Origin: an uncultured Actinomycetes bacterium
GTDB taxonomy: Bacteria > Actinomycetota > Thermoleophilia > Gaiellales > JALYLC01
Length of the DNA stretch: 64,000 nucleotides
Assembly (NCBI GenBank): GCA_963705965.1
Contig: CAVPLI010000004.1
Location: forward strand, 38,601-102,600
Reading direction: 5' to 3'
Shown piece after piece: positions 20,000 to 30,536 of this stretch. The notes beneath the pieces are model-generated. The model did no database searches. It was not told where the DNA came from and saw only the letters and a list, made by a program, of their open reading frames with translations. How positions within the stretch are numbered: position 1 is the first letter of the stretch; every line of letters starts with the position of its first letter. The translations under genes and the position numbers were made by a program.

Positions 20000-21273
20000 G
20001 TGCTCGACATCCGCGTCATCCGCTCCGACACCGAGCGCGTGCGCGCCGCGCTCGCGCGGCGCGAGGCCGACGGACGTGCTCGACGACGTGCTCGCGCTCG
20101 ACGAGCGGCGGCGCGCGCTGCAGACGCAGGTCGACGAGCTGCGCGCCGAGCGCAACACCGCCGCGCAGGCGATCGGCGAGGCCAAGCGCGACGGGCGCGA
20201 CGCTGCGGCCGAGATCGCTGCGGCGGGCGAGCTGCGCGACCGCCTCGCGGAGCTCGAGGGCACGCTGCGCGAAGCCGACGCGGAGTTCGAGACGGCCATG
20301 CTCGACCTCCCGAACCTGCCCCACGAGAGCGCGGCCGACGGCATGCTCGAGGAGGACGCGACGGTCCACGCCATGTCGAGCCGGCCGATGCCGGAGTTCG
20401 ATTTCGAGCCGCTCGACCACGTGGATCTGGCAGGCCCGATGATCGACATGGAGCGCGGCGCGCGCACGTCCGGCTCGCGCTTCACCTATCTGCTCGGCGA
20501 CCTCGTGCGCCTGCACGTCGCGACCGTGCAGTACGCACTCGACAAGCTGATGCGCCAAGGGCTTCACGCCCGTCATGCCGCCCGTGCTGGTGCGCGAGGA
20601 GGCGCTCGTCGGGACGGGCTTCTTCCCCGAGGCGCGCGAGCAGGTCTACGCCGTCGCCAACGCCGATCCGGAGCTCTTCCTGGTGGGCACGTCCGAGGTC
20701 TCGCTCGCGGCGCTGCACATGGGCGAGATCCTTCCCGAGGCCGATCTCCCGTTGCGCTACTGCGGGGTCTCGACCTGCTTCCGGCGCGAGGCCGGCACGG
20801 CGGGCAAGGACACGCGCGGGATCTTCCGCACGCACCAGTTCGAGAAGGTCGAGATGTTCTCGTTCTGCCATCCCGACCGCTCGTGGGACGAGCACGAGCA
20901 CCTGCTCTCGATCGAGCGCGAGATCGCGGACGACCTCGGCCTGCACTACCGCGTGATGAACATCTCCGTGGGCGACCTCGGAGCGCCGGCCGCCAAGAAG
21001 TACGACATCGAGGCGTGGCTGCCCGGACAGGGCCGCTACCGCGAGCTCACGTCGTGCTCGAACACCACCGACTACCAGGCGCGCAGGCTCGACACGCGCT
21101 ACCGCAGCGAGGCGGGCGTCCGCCACCTGCACACGCTCAACGGCACCGCGATCACGTCGTCGCGCACGATCATCGCGGTGCTCGAGACCCACCAGCGGAG
21201 CGACGGCAGCGTCAGCATCCCCGAGGTGCTGCAGGGCTTCGGCGCGCCCGCCGAGATCCGCGCCCGGCGCTAG
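20000..21273 (+). CDS. serS: Serine--tRNA ligase; frameshifts near 20065 and 20560
   Basis: MLDIRVIR, LPNLPH, GSRFTYL, GTSEVSL, CFRREAGTAGKDTRGIFRTHQFEKVE, ELTSCSNTTDYQARR and HTLNGTA. Confidence 0.97.
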
Positions 21274-21282
21274 GCGCGCGGC

Positions 21283-22239
21283 TCACGCGATCCGCTCGTG
21301 GATCCACCACGCCGCGAACGCGATGAGGGCGACCCCGATACCCGCGAAGAGCGCGGTCTCGATGCCCTGGAAGAGCCAGAACCTGCTCGCGGGGTGGTAG
21401 ACCGCGTGGTTGTAGAGGCTCGTGGGCAGGCATGACGGGTCGAGGATCTTGATGCCCTCGCCGCCGGCGCGTTCGCACCCCTGCATGGCCGTGTCCGGCG
21501 GCGCGATCGCGTGCCCGAGCCGATCGCTCGGCCGCAGCTCGAGGATCCAGGCCTTCTCCAGCTTCGGTGTCTCGAAGCCCGAACGCGCGGACCAGGTGGT
21601 CTCGAGCGGACTCGCGTAGCGTTCGCGCAGCCAGTTCTGGACGAAGACCCGCGCGACCACGTAGCCGGCGAAGCCGGCGATCACGGCGGGCACCGTGCGT
21701 CGCCACACGACGCCGATCGCGAGCGAGAGCCCGAGCGCGAAGAGCACGTACCCCACGCCGACCGTGCCTTCGAAGTCGAAGACGTTCTCCAGGCGCCCGT
21801 GAAGGTGGTCGAGCGGCGTCCGCCACCACGTCACGAGCGCGGTCATCGCGAGCGCCGCGAGCACCGCCGCGAGCACGGTCATGCCGAGCTTGACGGCGAG
21901 CCAGCGCCGGCGCGTGACGCTCTGCGTCCACGCGAGCCGGTAGGTCCCGCTCTCGAGCTCGAGCAGGAGCGGCGCCGCCAGGGCGACGCCGATCACGCCG
22001 GGGATGAGATTGAGCCAGGGGAGCAGGTTCATGAGCGAGTCGAAGCGCGCCGTGAAGACCCCGATGGCCTGCTGACAGCCGTTGTCCCTCGTCGCCGCGG
22101 CGCACGCCGCAAGTCCGTCGTGGTCGTAGCGGGAGGCCATGTCGATCCCGGTCGGGACGAACAGCGCTGCGAGCAGCGCCAGGATGACGGCCGCGATCAG
22201 CGTCTCGGTGCGCTGCTGGCGCCAGGCGACCCAGATCAC
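21283..22239 (-). CDS. ABC transporter permease
   Basis: VIWVAWRQQR, APLL.LELESGTYRLAWTQSVTRRRW and YHPASRFWLFQGIE; multiple TM segments. Confidence 0.88.
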   Translation of the reverse strand: MIWVAWRQQRTETLIAAVILALLAALFVPTGIDMASRYDHDGLAACAAATRDNGCQQAIGVFTARFDSLMNLLPWLNLIPGVIGVALAAPLLLELESGTYRLAWTQSVTRRRWLAVKLGMTVLAAVLAALAMTALVTWWRTPLDHLHGRLENVFDFEGTVGVGYVLFALGLSLAIGVVWRRTVPAVIAGFAGYVVARVFVQNWLRERYASPLETTWSARSGFETPKLEKAWILELRPSDRLGHAIAPPDTAMQGCERAGGEGIKILDPSCLPTSLYNHAVYHPASRFWLFQGIETALFAGIGVALIAFAAWWIHERIA

Positions 22240-23144
22240 GACGCCACCCCCTGCTGCGAGAGCATCGGCGGCGCGGCGGCCGCGCCGTCGTAGCCGAGGT
22301 ACGCGAGCACGATCTCCTCGAGGTCGACCTCGTGCTGCTCCCAGCAGGTGTCGTAGACGTGGCCGTTGGCGCGCACGAGCAGCGTCGTCTGACGCGGGGT
22401 GTGGCTCGCCCGGATCACCTCGTGGACGCGCGCGACCGCCGACGGATCGGCGCGCGGGCCGGTCAGCACGCGATGGCTCCCGACGATGCTCTCGATCTCG
22501 CCGGCGAGCTGCACCTCCGCCGTCGAGAGGATCACGAGGTGATCGCACACCCGCTCGAGGTCGGCGACGATGTGCGACGAGAGGATGACCGTCATGCCCG
22601 ACTCGGCGACCGCCTCCATCACCGATTGCATGAACTCCCGGCGGGCGAGCGGATCGAGCGCTGCGACCGGCTCGTCGAGCACGAGCAGATCGGGTCGCTT
22701 GGCGAGCGCGAGCGTGAGCGCGACCTGCGCCTGCTGCCCGCCGGAGAGCTTGCCGACCTTCTGGCCCGGCGGCAGACCGAGCGCCCGGATGCGCTCGAGC
22801 GCAAGGGCGTTGTCCCAGCTCGGATTGAGCTCGCGGCCCAGCCTCAGCATCTCCGCCACGCTGAAGCCCTTGTAGAGCGGGTGCTCCTGCGCGACGAAGC
22901 CGAGACGCGGGAGGAGCTTCGCGGCATCGCGCCGCGGCGAGAGTCCGAGCACGCTGACGTCTCCCGCAGTCGGCCTCGTCAGTCCCACCGCGAGTTGCAG
23001 CAGCGTGGTCTTGCCCGCGCCGTTCGGGCCGACGAGCGCCGTCACCGTGCCGGCCGGGATCTCGAGCGTGCAGTCGCGCAGCGCCCAGCGCGAGCCGTAG
23101 CGCTTGCCGAGCCCCGTGCAGGAGAGAGCGAGCTCGGCGCTCAT
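22236..23144 (-). CDS. ABC transporter ATP-binding protein
   Basis: GPNGAGKTT, LSGGQ, LDEP and SSH motifs. Confidence 0.95.
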   Translation of the reverse strand: MSAELALSCTGLGKRYGSRWALRDCTLEIPAGTVTALVGPNGAGKTTLLQLAVGLTRPTAGDVSVLGLSPRRDAAKLLPRLGFVAQEHPLYKGFSVAEMLRLGRELNPSWDNALALERIRALGLPPGQKVGKLSGGQQAQVALTLALAKRPDLLVLDEPVAALDPLARREFMQSVMEAVAESGMTVILSSHIVADLERVCDHLVILSTAEVQLAGEIESIVGSHRVLTGPRADPSAVARVHEVIRASHTPRQTTLLVRANGHVYDTCWEQHEVDLEEIVLAYLGYDGAAAAPPMLSQQGVAS

Positions 23145-23533
23145 GCGACCCTCATCGCCGCGGGCGGGCGCACGGTGTCGGCGAAGAGCGCCGCCATCGT
23201 CTCGGCGTCGAGGCCGGCCGCACGGGCACTCTCCACCCACGCCTTCAGCGACGCGCGCAGCGCATCGATGCGGTCGGGCTCGAGCGGAGGCAGCGTGCTC
23301 GAGACGAACGTCCCCTGCCCTCGCCTCCCCTCCGTCAGGCCCTCGAGATCGAGCTCGCGGTAGGCCTTGAGCACGGTGTTCGGGTTGATCGCAAGGCTCG
23401 CGACGACCTCCTTGACCGTCGGGAGCTGATCGCCCGGATGCAGGATCCCGAGGCGCAGCGCCTGCTGCACCTGCTGGACGATCTGGAGATAGGTGGGGAC
23501 GCCCGAGCGAGCGTCGAGGCGAAACTCGATCAC
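23141..23533 (-). CDS. GntR family (YtrA subfamily) regulator
   Basis: PTYLQIV, GDQLPTVKE, INPNTVLKAYREL and GQGTFV; heads the ABC operon. Confidence 0.95.
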   Translation of the reverse strand: MIEFRLDARSGVPTYLQIVQQVQQALRLGILHPGDQLPTVKEVVASLAINPNTVLKAYRELDLEGLTEGRRGQGTFVSSTLPPLEPDRIDALRASLKAWVESARAAGLDAETMAALFADTVRPPAAMRVA

Positions 23534-23538
23534 TTTCC

Positions 23539-23566
23539 CTCTTTAACTAGTTAGCTAGATAAAGAG
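23539..23566. promoter_or_regulatory. Putative YtrA operator (inverted repeat)
   Basis: CTCTTTAACTAG-TTAG-CTAGATAAAGAG, an AT-rich inverted repeat immediately upstream of the GntR gene. Confidence 0.6.
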
Positions 23567-23595
23567 AGTAGAGAGCACCGCGCGCCGTGTCAAGC

Positions 23596-24507
23596 TCAGC
23601 GGAAGCCGGCGTCGCCCTGGTCGCGCAGGCGCGGCCGCGGGCGGACGGCGTAGCGCACGGCGTAGGCGCCGAGCGTCCACTCCCCCACCGCCATCAGCGG
23701 CAGCAGGCGCACGAAGCGCCGGCGGAGCGCGGGGTCCTCGTCCAGCCGGCGATAGATGACCGGCAGGCGCATCAGCGCGAAGTAGTGGAGCGGCACGCGG
23801 CTCGCGATGCGCTTGCGCGTGCCCTCGCGCTGCACCGGACCGATGCGCGCGGCGGCGAAGGCGACGCGCGCCTGCTGGCGGCGGAGCTTCGCGAACGTGT
23901 CGCGGTCGTGGTCGTGCAGCGCGGCGTAGCGCGGGTCGAAGACGAGCCGGATGCCGCGATCGAGCGCGTCCGCGCTGAACACGGCGTCCTCGCCGCCGTA
24001 GCTCTCGTCGAAGCGCAGGTCGAGCGCTCGCGGCACGAGCATGCAGTACGAGGACACGAACTGCACGTCGCGCGGCCGGCCGCGCTCGAGGTACGGGGTC
24101 TCGATCTGCAGATGGGCGACCCACGACCAGGCCGTGTGCGGCGCGAAGCGCCGGGCACAGCCGACGATCGCGCCGGGAAACTCGCGCGCGGCGCGGCGAA
24201 CGCCCTCGCCGAAGCCGGGCAGCGGCACGGCGTCGGAGTCGAGGAAGACGACGACGTCCCCCGTCGCGGCGTCCCAGCCGCGGTTGCGCGCCCCGCCGGC
24301 GTAGCCGACGCGGCCCCCGTCCACCACGCGCGCGCCGTGCGCGCGTGCGATCTGCGCCGTGAGGTCGGTGGAGCCGTCGTCGACGACGATGACCTCGTCG
24401 GGCCGCTGCGGGTCGTGCGTCAGCGCATCGAGCACCGCTCCCAGCGTGCGTTCGGCGTTGAACGCGGGGATCACCACGCTCACGCTCTGGGCCTCCTCCG
24501 CGGTCAC
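23596..24507 (-). CDS. Glycosyltransferase family 2
   Basis: SVVIPAFNA, VVDDGSTD, ARNRG, FLDSD and GGED; GGAGGA upstream of the GTG. Confidence 0.92.
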   Translation of the reverse strand: MTAEEAQSVSVVIPAFNAERTLGAVLDALTHDPQRPDEVIVVDDGSTDLTAQIARAHGARVVDGGRVGYAGGARNRGWDAATGDVVVFLDSDAVPLPGFGEGVRRAAREFPGAIVGCARRFAPHTAWSWVAHLQIETPYLERGRPRDVQFVSSYCMLVPRALDLRFDESYGGEDAVFSADALDRGIRLVFDPRYAALHDHDRDTFAKLRRQQARVAFAAARIGPVQREGTRKRIASRVPLHYFALMRLPVIYRRLDEDPALRRRFVRLLPLMAVGEWTLGAYAVRYAVRPRPRLRDQGDAGFR

Positions 24508-24667
24508 TCCTCCCATCCTACGCACGCGCTCCGAGCGCGCCACCCCGAAAAACCGGGACCACCCGACCGGGTAGGGAAAGTGACCCTCCGACCCGACCGA
24601 ACGCGGGTCGTGGCGGCACTCCATGCCGCCTAGCCTGGGTTGCGGACCTACGCCTCCTGGAGCCTGC

Positions 24668-26068
24668 ATGCCCGACGTGAAACGCGTGATGATCATCGGC
24701 CTCGACTGCGCCGAGCCGAGCCTCGTGCTCGGTCGCTACCGAGACCAGCTGCCCACCCTCTCGGCGCTCGCCGACGCGGGTGCCTACGGCCGCCTGGAGT
24801 CGGTGGTGCCGCCGATCACCGTGCCCGCGTGGTCCTGCATGATGTCGAGCCGGACGCCCGGCGACCTCGGCATCTACGGCTTCCGCAACCGCGCCGATCA
24901 CTCCTACGACGGCCTCTTCATCGCCAACGGCGCGGCCGTCAAGGAGCCGCGCCTGTGGGACATCCTCGGCCGGCGCGGCAAGCAGAGCATCGTGCTGGGC
25001 GTCCCCGGCACGTTCCCGGTCAAGCCGCTCAACGGCGTCATGGTCTCGTGCTTCCTGACCCCGTCGGTCGAGTCGCAGTACACGTTCCCGCCGGCGCTGC
25101 GCAACGAGGTCGAGGACGTCGTCGGCGAGTACCTCTTCGACTGCACCGAGTTCCGCACCGAGGACAAGGTCGACCTGCTCCGGCAGATCTACGAGATGAC
25201 CGACAAGCGCTTCAAGCTCGCCGACCACCTGCTGAGCACGAAGCCGTGGGATCTCTTCGCGATGGTCGAGATGGGGACGGATCGCATCTACCACGGCTTC
25301 TGGAAGGACATGGACCCCGAGCACCGCAAGCACCTGCCGGGCGGCCCCTACGAGGACGCGATCCTCGACTACCACGTCCACGTCGACGGGCTCGTCGCGA
25401 ACCTGCTGCGCCACGCCGACGACGAGACCGCGGTGCTGGTCGTCTCGGATCACGGCGCCAAGCGCATGGACGGCGGCATCCGCATCAACGAGTGGCTCCG
25501 CCAGGAGGGCCTGCTGGGACTCGAGCGCGAGCCCGAGGGCCGGTCGAGCACGCGCGACTGCGGCATCGACTGGTCGCGCACGAAGGTCTGGGCCGAGGGC
25601 GGCTACTACTCCCGCGTCTTCCTCAACGTGGAGGGCCGCGAGCCGAACGGGACGATCCCCGCGGCCGACTACGAGCGCTTCCGCGACGAGCTCGCGCAGC
25701 GCATCTGCGCGATCCCGGACGAGCTCGGCAACCCGATCCCGACGAAGGTGTTCCGGCCCGAGGACGTGTACCCCGAGATCAAGGGCGTCGCGCCCGACCT
25801 GATCGTCCACTTCGGCGATCTCTACTGGCGCGCCGTCGGCACCGTCGGCGGCGACGAGGGCCTGCACACGTTCGACAACGACACCGGGCCGGACGACGCC
25901 AACCACGCGCAGCACGGGATGTTCATCCTGCGCGCGCCGGGCGTCGAGCCCGGCCTGCGCGAGGGCGCGCACCTGCTCGACATCGCGCCCACCGTGCTCG
26001 AGATGCTGGGCCAGCCCGTGCCGCCCGCGATGCGCGGCGCGAGCCTCCTGGAGCGTGTGACGGCATGA
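24668..26068 (+). CDS. Alkaline phosphatase superfamily (type I phosphodiesterase/NPP-like) protein, no signal peptide
   Basis: IIGLDCA, PPITVPAW, GTDRIYH, VSDHGA, DDANH and LLDIAPTVL. Confidence 0.88.
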   Translation: MPDVKRVMIIGLDCAEPSLVLGRYRDQLPTLSALADAGAYGRLESVVPPITVPAWSCMMSSRTPGDLGIYGFRNRADHSYDGLFIANGAAVKEPRLWDILGRRGKQSIVLGVPGTFPVKPLNGVMVSCFLTPSVESQYTFPPALRNEVEDVVGEYLFDCTEFRTEDKVDLLRQIYEMTDKRFKLADHLLSTKPWDLFAMVEMGTDRIYHGFWKDMDPEHRKHLPGGPYEDAILDYHVHVDGLVANLLRHADDETAVLVVSDHGAKRMDGGIRINEWLRQEGLLGLEREPEGRSSTRDCGIDWSRTKVWAEGGYYSRVFLNVEGREPNGTIPAADYERFRDELAQRICAIPDELGNPIPTKVFRPEDVYPEIKGVAPDLIVHFGDLYWRAVGTVGGDEGLHTFDNDTGPDDANHAQHGMFILRAPGVEPGLREGAHLLDIAPTVLEMLGQPVPPAMRGASLLERVTA

Positions 26069-26283
26069 GCACCGATCTCTCGCCACGCGAGCGCGAGGTG
26101 CTGGAGCGCGCCGCGTTCGGCCGCTCCAACGGTCAGATCGCAGCGGAGCTGGGCGTCACCGTCAACACGGTGAAGTTCCACCTCGCGAGCATCTTCCGCA
26201 AGCTCGGGGTCGCCAACCGCACCGCCGCCGCGACGGCGTACGTGCGCATGGCCGTTCGGGACGAAGAGCGCCTGGCGCCGTGA
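26065..26283 (+). CDS. Stand-alone LuxR-type HTH protein (72 aa)
   Basis: LSPREREVL...GRSNGQIAAELGVTVNTVKFHLASIFRKLGVANRT; ATGA and GTGA overlaps on both sides. Confidence 0.88.
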   Translation: MSTDLSPREREVLERAAFGRSNGQIAAELGVTVNTVKFHLASIFRKLGVANRTAAATAYVRMAVRDEERLAP

Positions 26284-27823
26284 GCGCCGACAACCCGGCT
26301 CGAGCAGCGGGGATGCGCACCGACCTCTCGTCGGGCGCGGGAGCGATGGCACGCGGCGCCGCCCGCGGCGCGCTCGGCGCGCTGGTCGCGAGCGTCCTGG
26401 CGCTCGCCTTCCAGGCGATCGTCCGGCACATCGTCGACATCGAGACGATGGGCCTGTTCACGGTGGCGACGACCGTCGTCGTGCTCGCGCAGCTGCCGGC
26501 CCTCTTCGGCCTCGAGGCCGGAGCCGTCCGCTACGTCTCGCTCGGCGCCTCGGCGGGCGACGAGCGCGCGGCCCGCGGCAGTGCCCAGGCCGCACTGATC
26601 GCCGGTCTGGCGCTCAGCTCGCCTCGCGGCCATCGCGCTCTTCTTCCTCGCACCCGAGATCTGCGAGCGCTTCAACAAGCCAGAGGCGACGCATCTCCTG
26701 CAGCTCGCGTCGCTCGCGCTCCCGCTGCTCTGCACGAGCCGCGTGTGCGCCGCGTGCGTGCTCGGCTTCGGGCTGACCGGGCGCTCGTCGACGATCACGG
26801 CCGCGCAGAACCTCGCGCGCCTGCTCGTGACCGTGCCCCTCGTCCTCGTGCTCGCGGACGTGACGGCGCTCGGCCTGGGCTTCGCGATCGCGGGACTCGC
26901 CGGCACGATCTTCGCGATCTGGCTGCTGCGCAGCGTCAGCCCGAACATCTTCTCGCCCGCGCGCGACCGCTGGGACCTGCGCTCGATGATCGGCTTCTCG
27001 TGGCCGCAGTCGCTCAGCCAGAGCCTCTACCTGGCCACGCTGTGGACGGACACGCTCGTGCTCGCGCACTACGGGACGGCCCACCAGGTCGGCATCTACG
27101 GCCTCGTCGTGGCGCTGCTGGCGCCGGTCTCGCAGCTCACGGTGGCCGTCGCGCAGGCCTTCACGCCGCGCATCGCGGGCACGCACGCACGGGGCGACAC
27201 CGCGTCGATGTCGGAGATGCTGCGCCGCGTCTCGTACTGGAACCTCGCTCGTCGCCCTGCCGATCCTCGGCTCGATGATCGTCCTGCGCGAGCCGCTGCT
27301 CGCGCTCTTCGGGGCGGGGTACGAGGCCGGCGCCGCGCCGCTCGTCCTGCTCGCGCTCGGCCAGCTCGTGCTCAACGCGGCAGGGCCGCTGACCGCGGTG
27401 ATCAACCTCTCGGGCCACCCGCGCGTGACGCTCTTCGACAACGTGCTCGTGTTCAGCGCGAATCTCGTGCTCTGCATCATCCTCGTGCCGCGCTACGGCA
27501 TGAGCGGCGCCGCCGCCTCCACGCTGATCGCGCTCTGCAGCGTGACGCTCCTGCAGATCGGGCAGGTCGCGCGGCTGTTCCGCATCCACCCCTTCCGCGA
27601 CGATCAGCTGCGCGCGCTCGCGGCAGGCGGCATCGCTGCCGCTGGCCACGGCGACGATCGACGCTTCTGCCATGGCCCGCGCCGCTCTTCGAGGTCGTCG
27701 CGGGCGGCCTGGTCTTCGTCACGGTCTACATCGCGGCGCATCGCCGCCCTCGGCGTCCGCGAGGAGACGAGAGAACTCGCGCAACGTGCGCGAGATCGTC
27801 TCCTGCGCCGGGGATCGACCTGA
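26280..27823 (+). CDS. Wzx-like oligosaccharide flippase; several frameshifts
   Basis: Hydrophobic segments across three frames; WTDTLVLAHY..AHQVGIY; LALFGAGYEAGAAPLVLL; LVPRYGMSGAA. Confidence 0.85.
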
Positions 27824-27829
27824 TAGAAC

Positions 27830-27872
27830 GGATGGGTGGGATAGCTAGCCCACCCATCCCTAAGGGTTGACA
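27830..27872. promoter_or_regulatory. Inverted-repeat operator adjacent to a TTGACA -35 box
   Basis: GGATGGGTGGG-ATAGCTAG-CCCACCCATCC (27830-27859), then TTGACA at 27867-27872, upstream of the response regulator. Confidence 0.55.
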
Positions 27873-27975
27873 AAAAGCGCAGATCGGCTGTAGACGGGTG
27901 TGGTCGGGATTGAGGCGGAGCGGGAACCGCACTGGGGAGACGATGCGCGCGCGGCGCGCTGAGGAGGATGGACGA

Positions 27976-28668
27976 ATGGCGACCGAAGCCGTGGCACAGG
28001 AACGACGGGCACGCATCCGGATTGTGATCGCCGATGACCATCGCCTCGTACTCAGCGGGCTGCGGGCAGCGCTCGCGGACGCCGAGGGCATCGAGGTCGT
28101 GGGCGAGGCGACGACGGGTCGTGCGGCCGTCAAGACCGTCATCGCGCGTCAGCCCGACGTCATCCTGCTCGACCTGCGCATGCCCGACGGAGACGGCTTC
28201 TGGGCGCTGCGCGAGATCCGCCGCGAGGCGCCGAACACGCGCGTCGTGGTGCTCTCGATGCACGATGATCCGCAGCACGTCAACCAGGCGCTCGCCGACG
28301 GCGCGTGCGGCTACATCGTCAAGTCGATCGAGCCCGGCGAGCTGGCCTCCGCCATCCGCCACACGGTCGACGGCACGGTCTTCACCAGCGCCGGCGCGCC
28401 CTCCTCGCTGCGCTCGACGTCGCAGGACAGCCCCCAGCGGCTGATCACGGAGCGCGAGCTCGAGATCCTCCAGTACGTCGCCGAGGGCCTCTCGAACTCG
28501 CAGATCGGCAAGCAGCTGTGGGTCACCGAGCAGACGGTGAAGTTCCACCTCTCGAACATCTATCGCAAGCTCGGGGTCTCGAACCGCACCGAGGCGAGCC
28601 GCTACGCGCTGCGCCACGGACTCGTGCGCTCCGACGACACCTCGCCCGCGCTCTCGCTGCGCGCCTGA
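27976..28668 (+). CDS. NarL/LuxR family response regulator (orphan)
   Basis: IVIADDH, LLDLRMP, GYIVK and TERELEIL...SNSQIGKQLWVTEQTVKFHLSNIYRKLG. Confidence 0.95.
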   Translation: MATEAVAQERRARIRIVIADDHRLVLSGLRAALADAEGIEVVGEATTGRAAVKTVIARQPDVILLDLRMPDGDGFWALREIRREAPNTRVVVLSMHDDPQHVNQALADGACGYIVKSIEPGELASAIRHTVDGTVFTSAGAPSSLRSTSQDSPQRLITERELEILQYVAEGLSNSQIGKQLWVTEQTVKFHLSNIYRKLGVSNRTEASRYALRHGLVRSDDTSPALSLRA

Positions 28669-28925
28669 CCGGCCCGGAACACTGACCGAACGGCCGGAAT
28701 CTCCGGCCCGCCGGTTGACATTGCCGCTCGACCGTCGGCACAGTGGCGCCATGACCCGCAGCGACGTTCACGTCCGAGCGGGTCGGTCACCACGGCGGAG
28801 GGGCGGTCACGTGAGGGGATGCGGCGGGGGGTCGCGTTCCCTCACGCTGAGCCGCGCCGGCACCGAGTCGCACCCGTCCTCCTAGTATTACCCTGGCTTC
28901 TACGCGGAATAAGGAGTTCGGATCC

Positions 28926-29490
28926 ATGGAGCGAGCGGGGATTCACGATCTGGTTCACCGGTCTGTCGGGCGCGGGCAAGTCGACGATCGCCGACCTCGT
29001 GATCCCCGAGCTCGAGCGGCGCGGTCGCACCGTGGACGCCCTCGACGGCGACGTCGTGCGCACGCACCTCTCCCGGGGCCTCGGCTTCTCGAAGGAGGAC
29101 CGCGACACGAACATCCAGCGCATCGGCTGGGTCGCGAGCCGCATCACGCGCCACGGCGGCGTCGTCGCCGTCTCCGCGATCTCGCCCTACGAGGAGACGC
29201 GCCAGGCGGCGCGCGAGCTCGTCGAGGAGTTCGGGCCGTTCGTGTGCGTGTACGTGCACACCTCCGTCGACGAGTGCGTCCGGCGCGACACCAAGGGTCT
29301 CTATGCGAAGGCCATCGCCGGCGAGATCAAGGAGTTCACCGGAATCAGCGATCCCTACGAGGCGCCCCTCGCGCCCGAGCTGACGATCGACACCGAGGGC
29401 GAGTCGCCCGAGGCCAGCGCCGCACGCGTGATCGCCTACCTCGAGCAGCGCGGCCTCGTCACGGCGGCCGTGCCGATCGTGCGCGCCTAG
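28926..29490 (+). CDS. cysC: Adenylyl-sulfate kinase; one extra base right after the ATG
   Basis: IWFTGLSGAGKST, LDGDVVR.HLSRGLGFSKEDRDTN, ISPY, RDTKGLY and FTGISDPYE; AAGGAG RBS upstream. Confidence 0.95.
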
Positions 29491-30536
29491 CAGGTCGATC
29501 GGATCCGGGTCTCCCTGGATGCTTGTTGCTGCGAAGCGCAAGCGACAAGGGAGGCCCGGATGAATCTGCACCGTAACGCGCGGCTCACACCGCGTGGGCG
29601 GCTGATTGCTGGTGGAGCGTGTCTGTGGTCAGCAGGTCGCGCTCCGGGAAGCGGCCGCCGCTGCGGGGATCAGTTCGCGAACGGCCTCGAAATGGGTCGC
29701 TCGCTACCGTCGCGAGGGCTCGGCGCGGGCTGAATGATCGCTCGTCGGCGCCCCGTCGCATACCGCGCCGCACGAGCGAGCAGCGCGTGGCGGCGATCGC
29801 GGCGCTGCGGCGCGTGCGGATGACCGCGGCGGAGATCAGCGAGCTGCTCGGGATGCCGCTCTCGACCGTCTCGGCGGTGCTGCTGCGGATCGGGCTCGGA
29901 AAGCGCAGCCGGCTTGGAGCCGCTCGAGCCGGCCAATCGCTACCAGCGCGAGCGTCCCGGCGAACTCGCTGCACATCGACGTCAAGAAACTCGGCCGCAT
30001 CGATCACGTCGGGCATCGCATCACCGGCAGCCGACCCGCCAAGACGCACGCTCACGGTCGCGAGGCCCACGCCAGACGATCGGATGGGAGTACGTGCACG
30101 TGTGCGTCGACGACGCCACGCGCCTGGCCTACGTCGAGGTGCTCGCCCGACGAGAAGGGCATCACCGTCGCCGGCTTTCTGCGCCGCGCAGTCGCTTTCT
30201 ACGCCTCGCACGGCATCCGCGTCGAGCGCGTCATGACCGACAACGGCTCCGGCTACCGCTCCGATCGTGCACGCCCTCGCCTGCCGCGCGCTCGGCCTCC
30301 GCCACCTGCGCACCCGGCCCTACCGGCCACGCACCAACGGCAAAGCCGAACGCTTCATCCGCACCATGCTCGGCGGCTGGGCCTACGGCGCGATCTACGG
30401 CACCTCAGCCGAACGAACCCGCGCCCTACCAGGCTGGCTCGATCACTACAATCGCCGCCGACCACACCGCAGCCTCAACAACCAGCCACCCCTCACCCGC
30501 CTCACGCAGATGAGGAACAACGCTCCTGGGTCTTAG
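29491..30536 (+). mobile_element. IS481 family insertion sequence; transposase 29560-30536 heavily frameshifted; element ends not resolved
   Basis: MNLHRNARLTPRGR, DRSSAP, RYQRERPGEL.HIDVKKLGRI, GWEYVHVCVDDATRLAY, MTDNG, RPRTNGKAERF and YNRRRPH. Confidence 0.92.

Noticed and set aside
20000-21273. Programmed frameshifting or a split serS
   Set aside because: No slippery sites or stimulatory structures evident; indels are spread across unrelated genes, as expected for sequencing error
28750-28925. SAM riboswitch upstream of cysC
   Set aside because: No recognisable SAM-I or SAM-IV core; reported only as an unexplained hairpin
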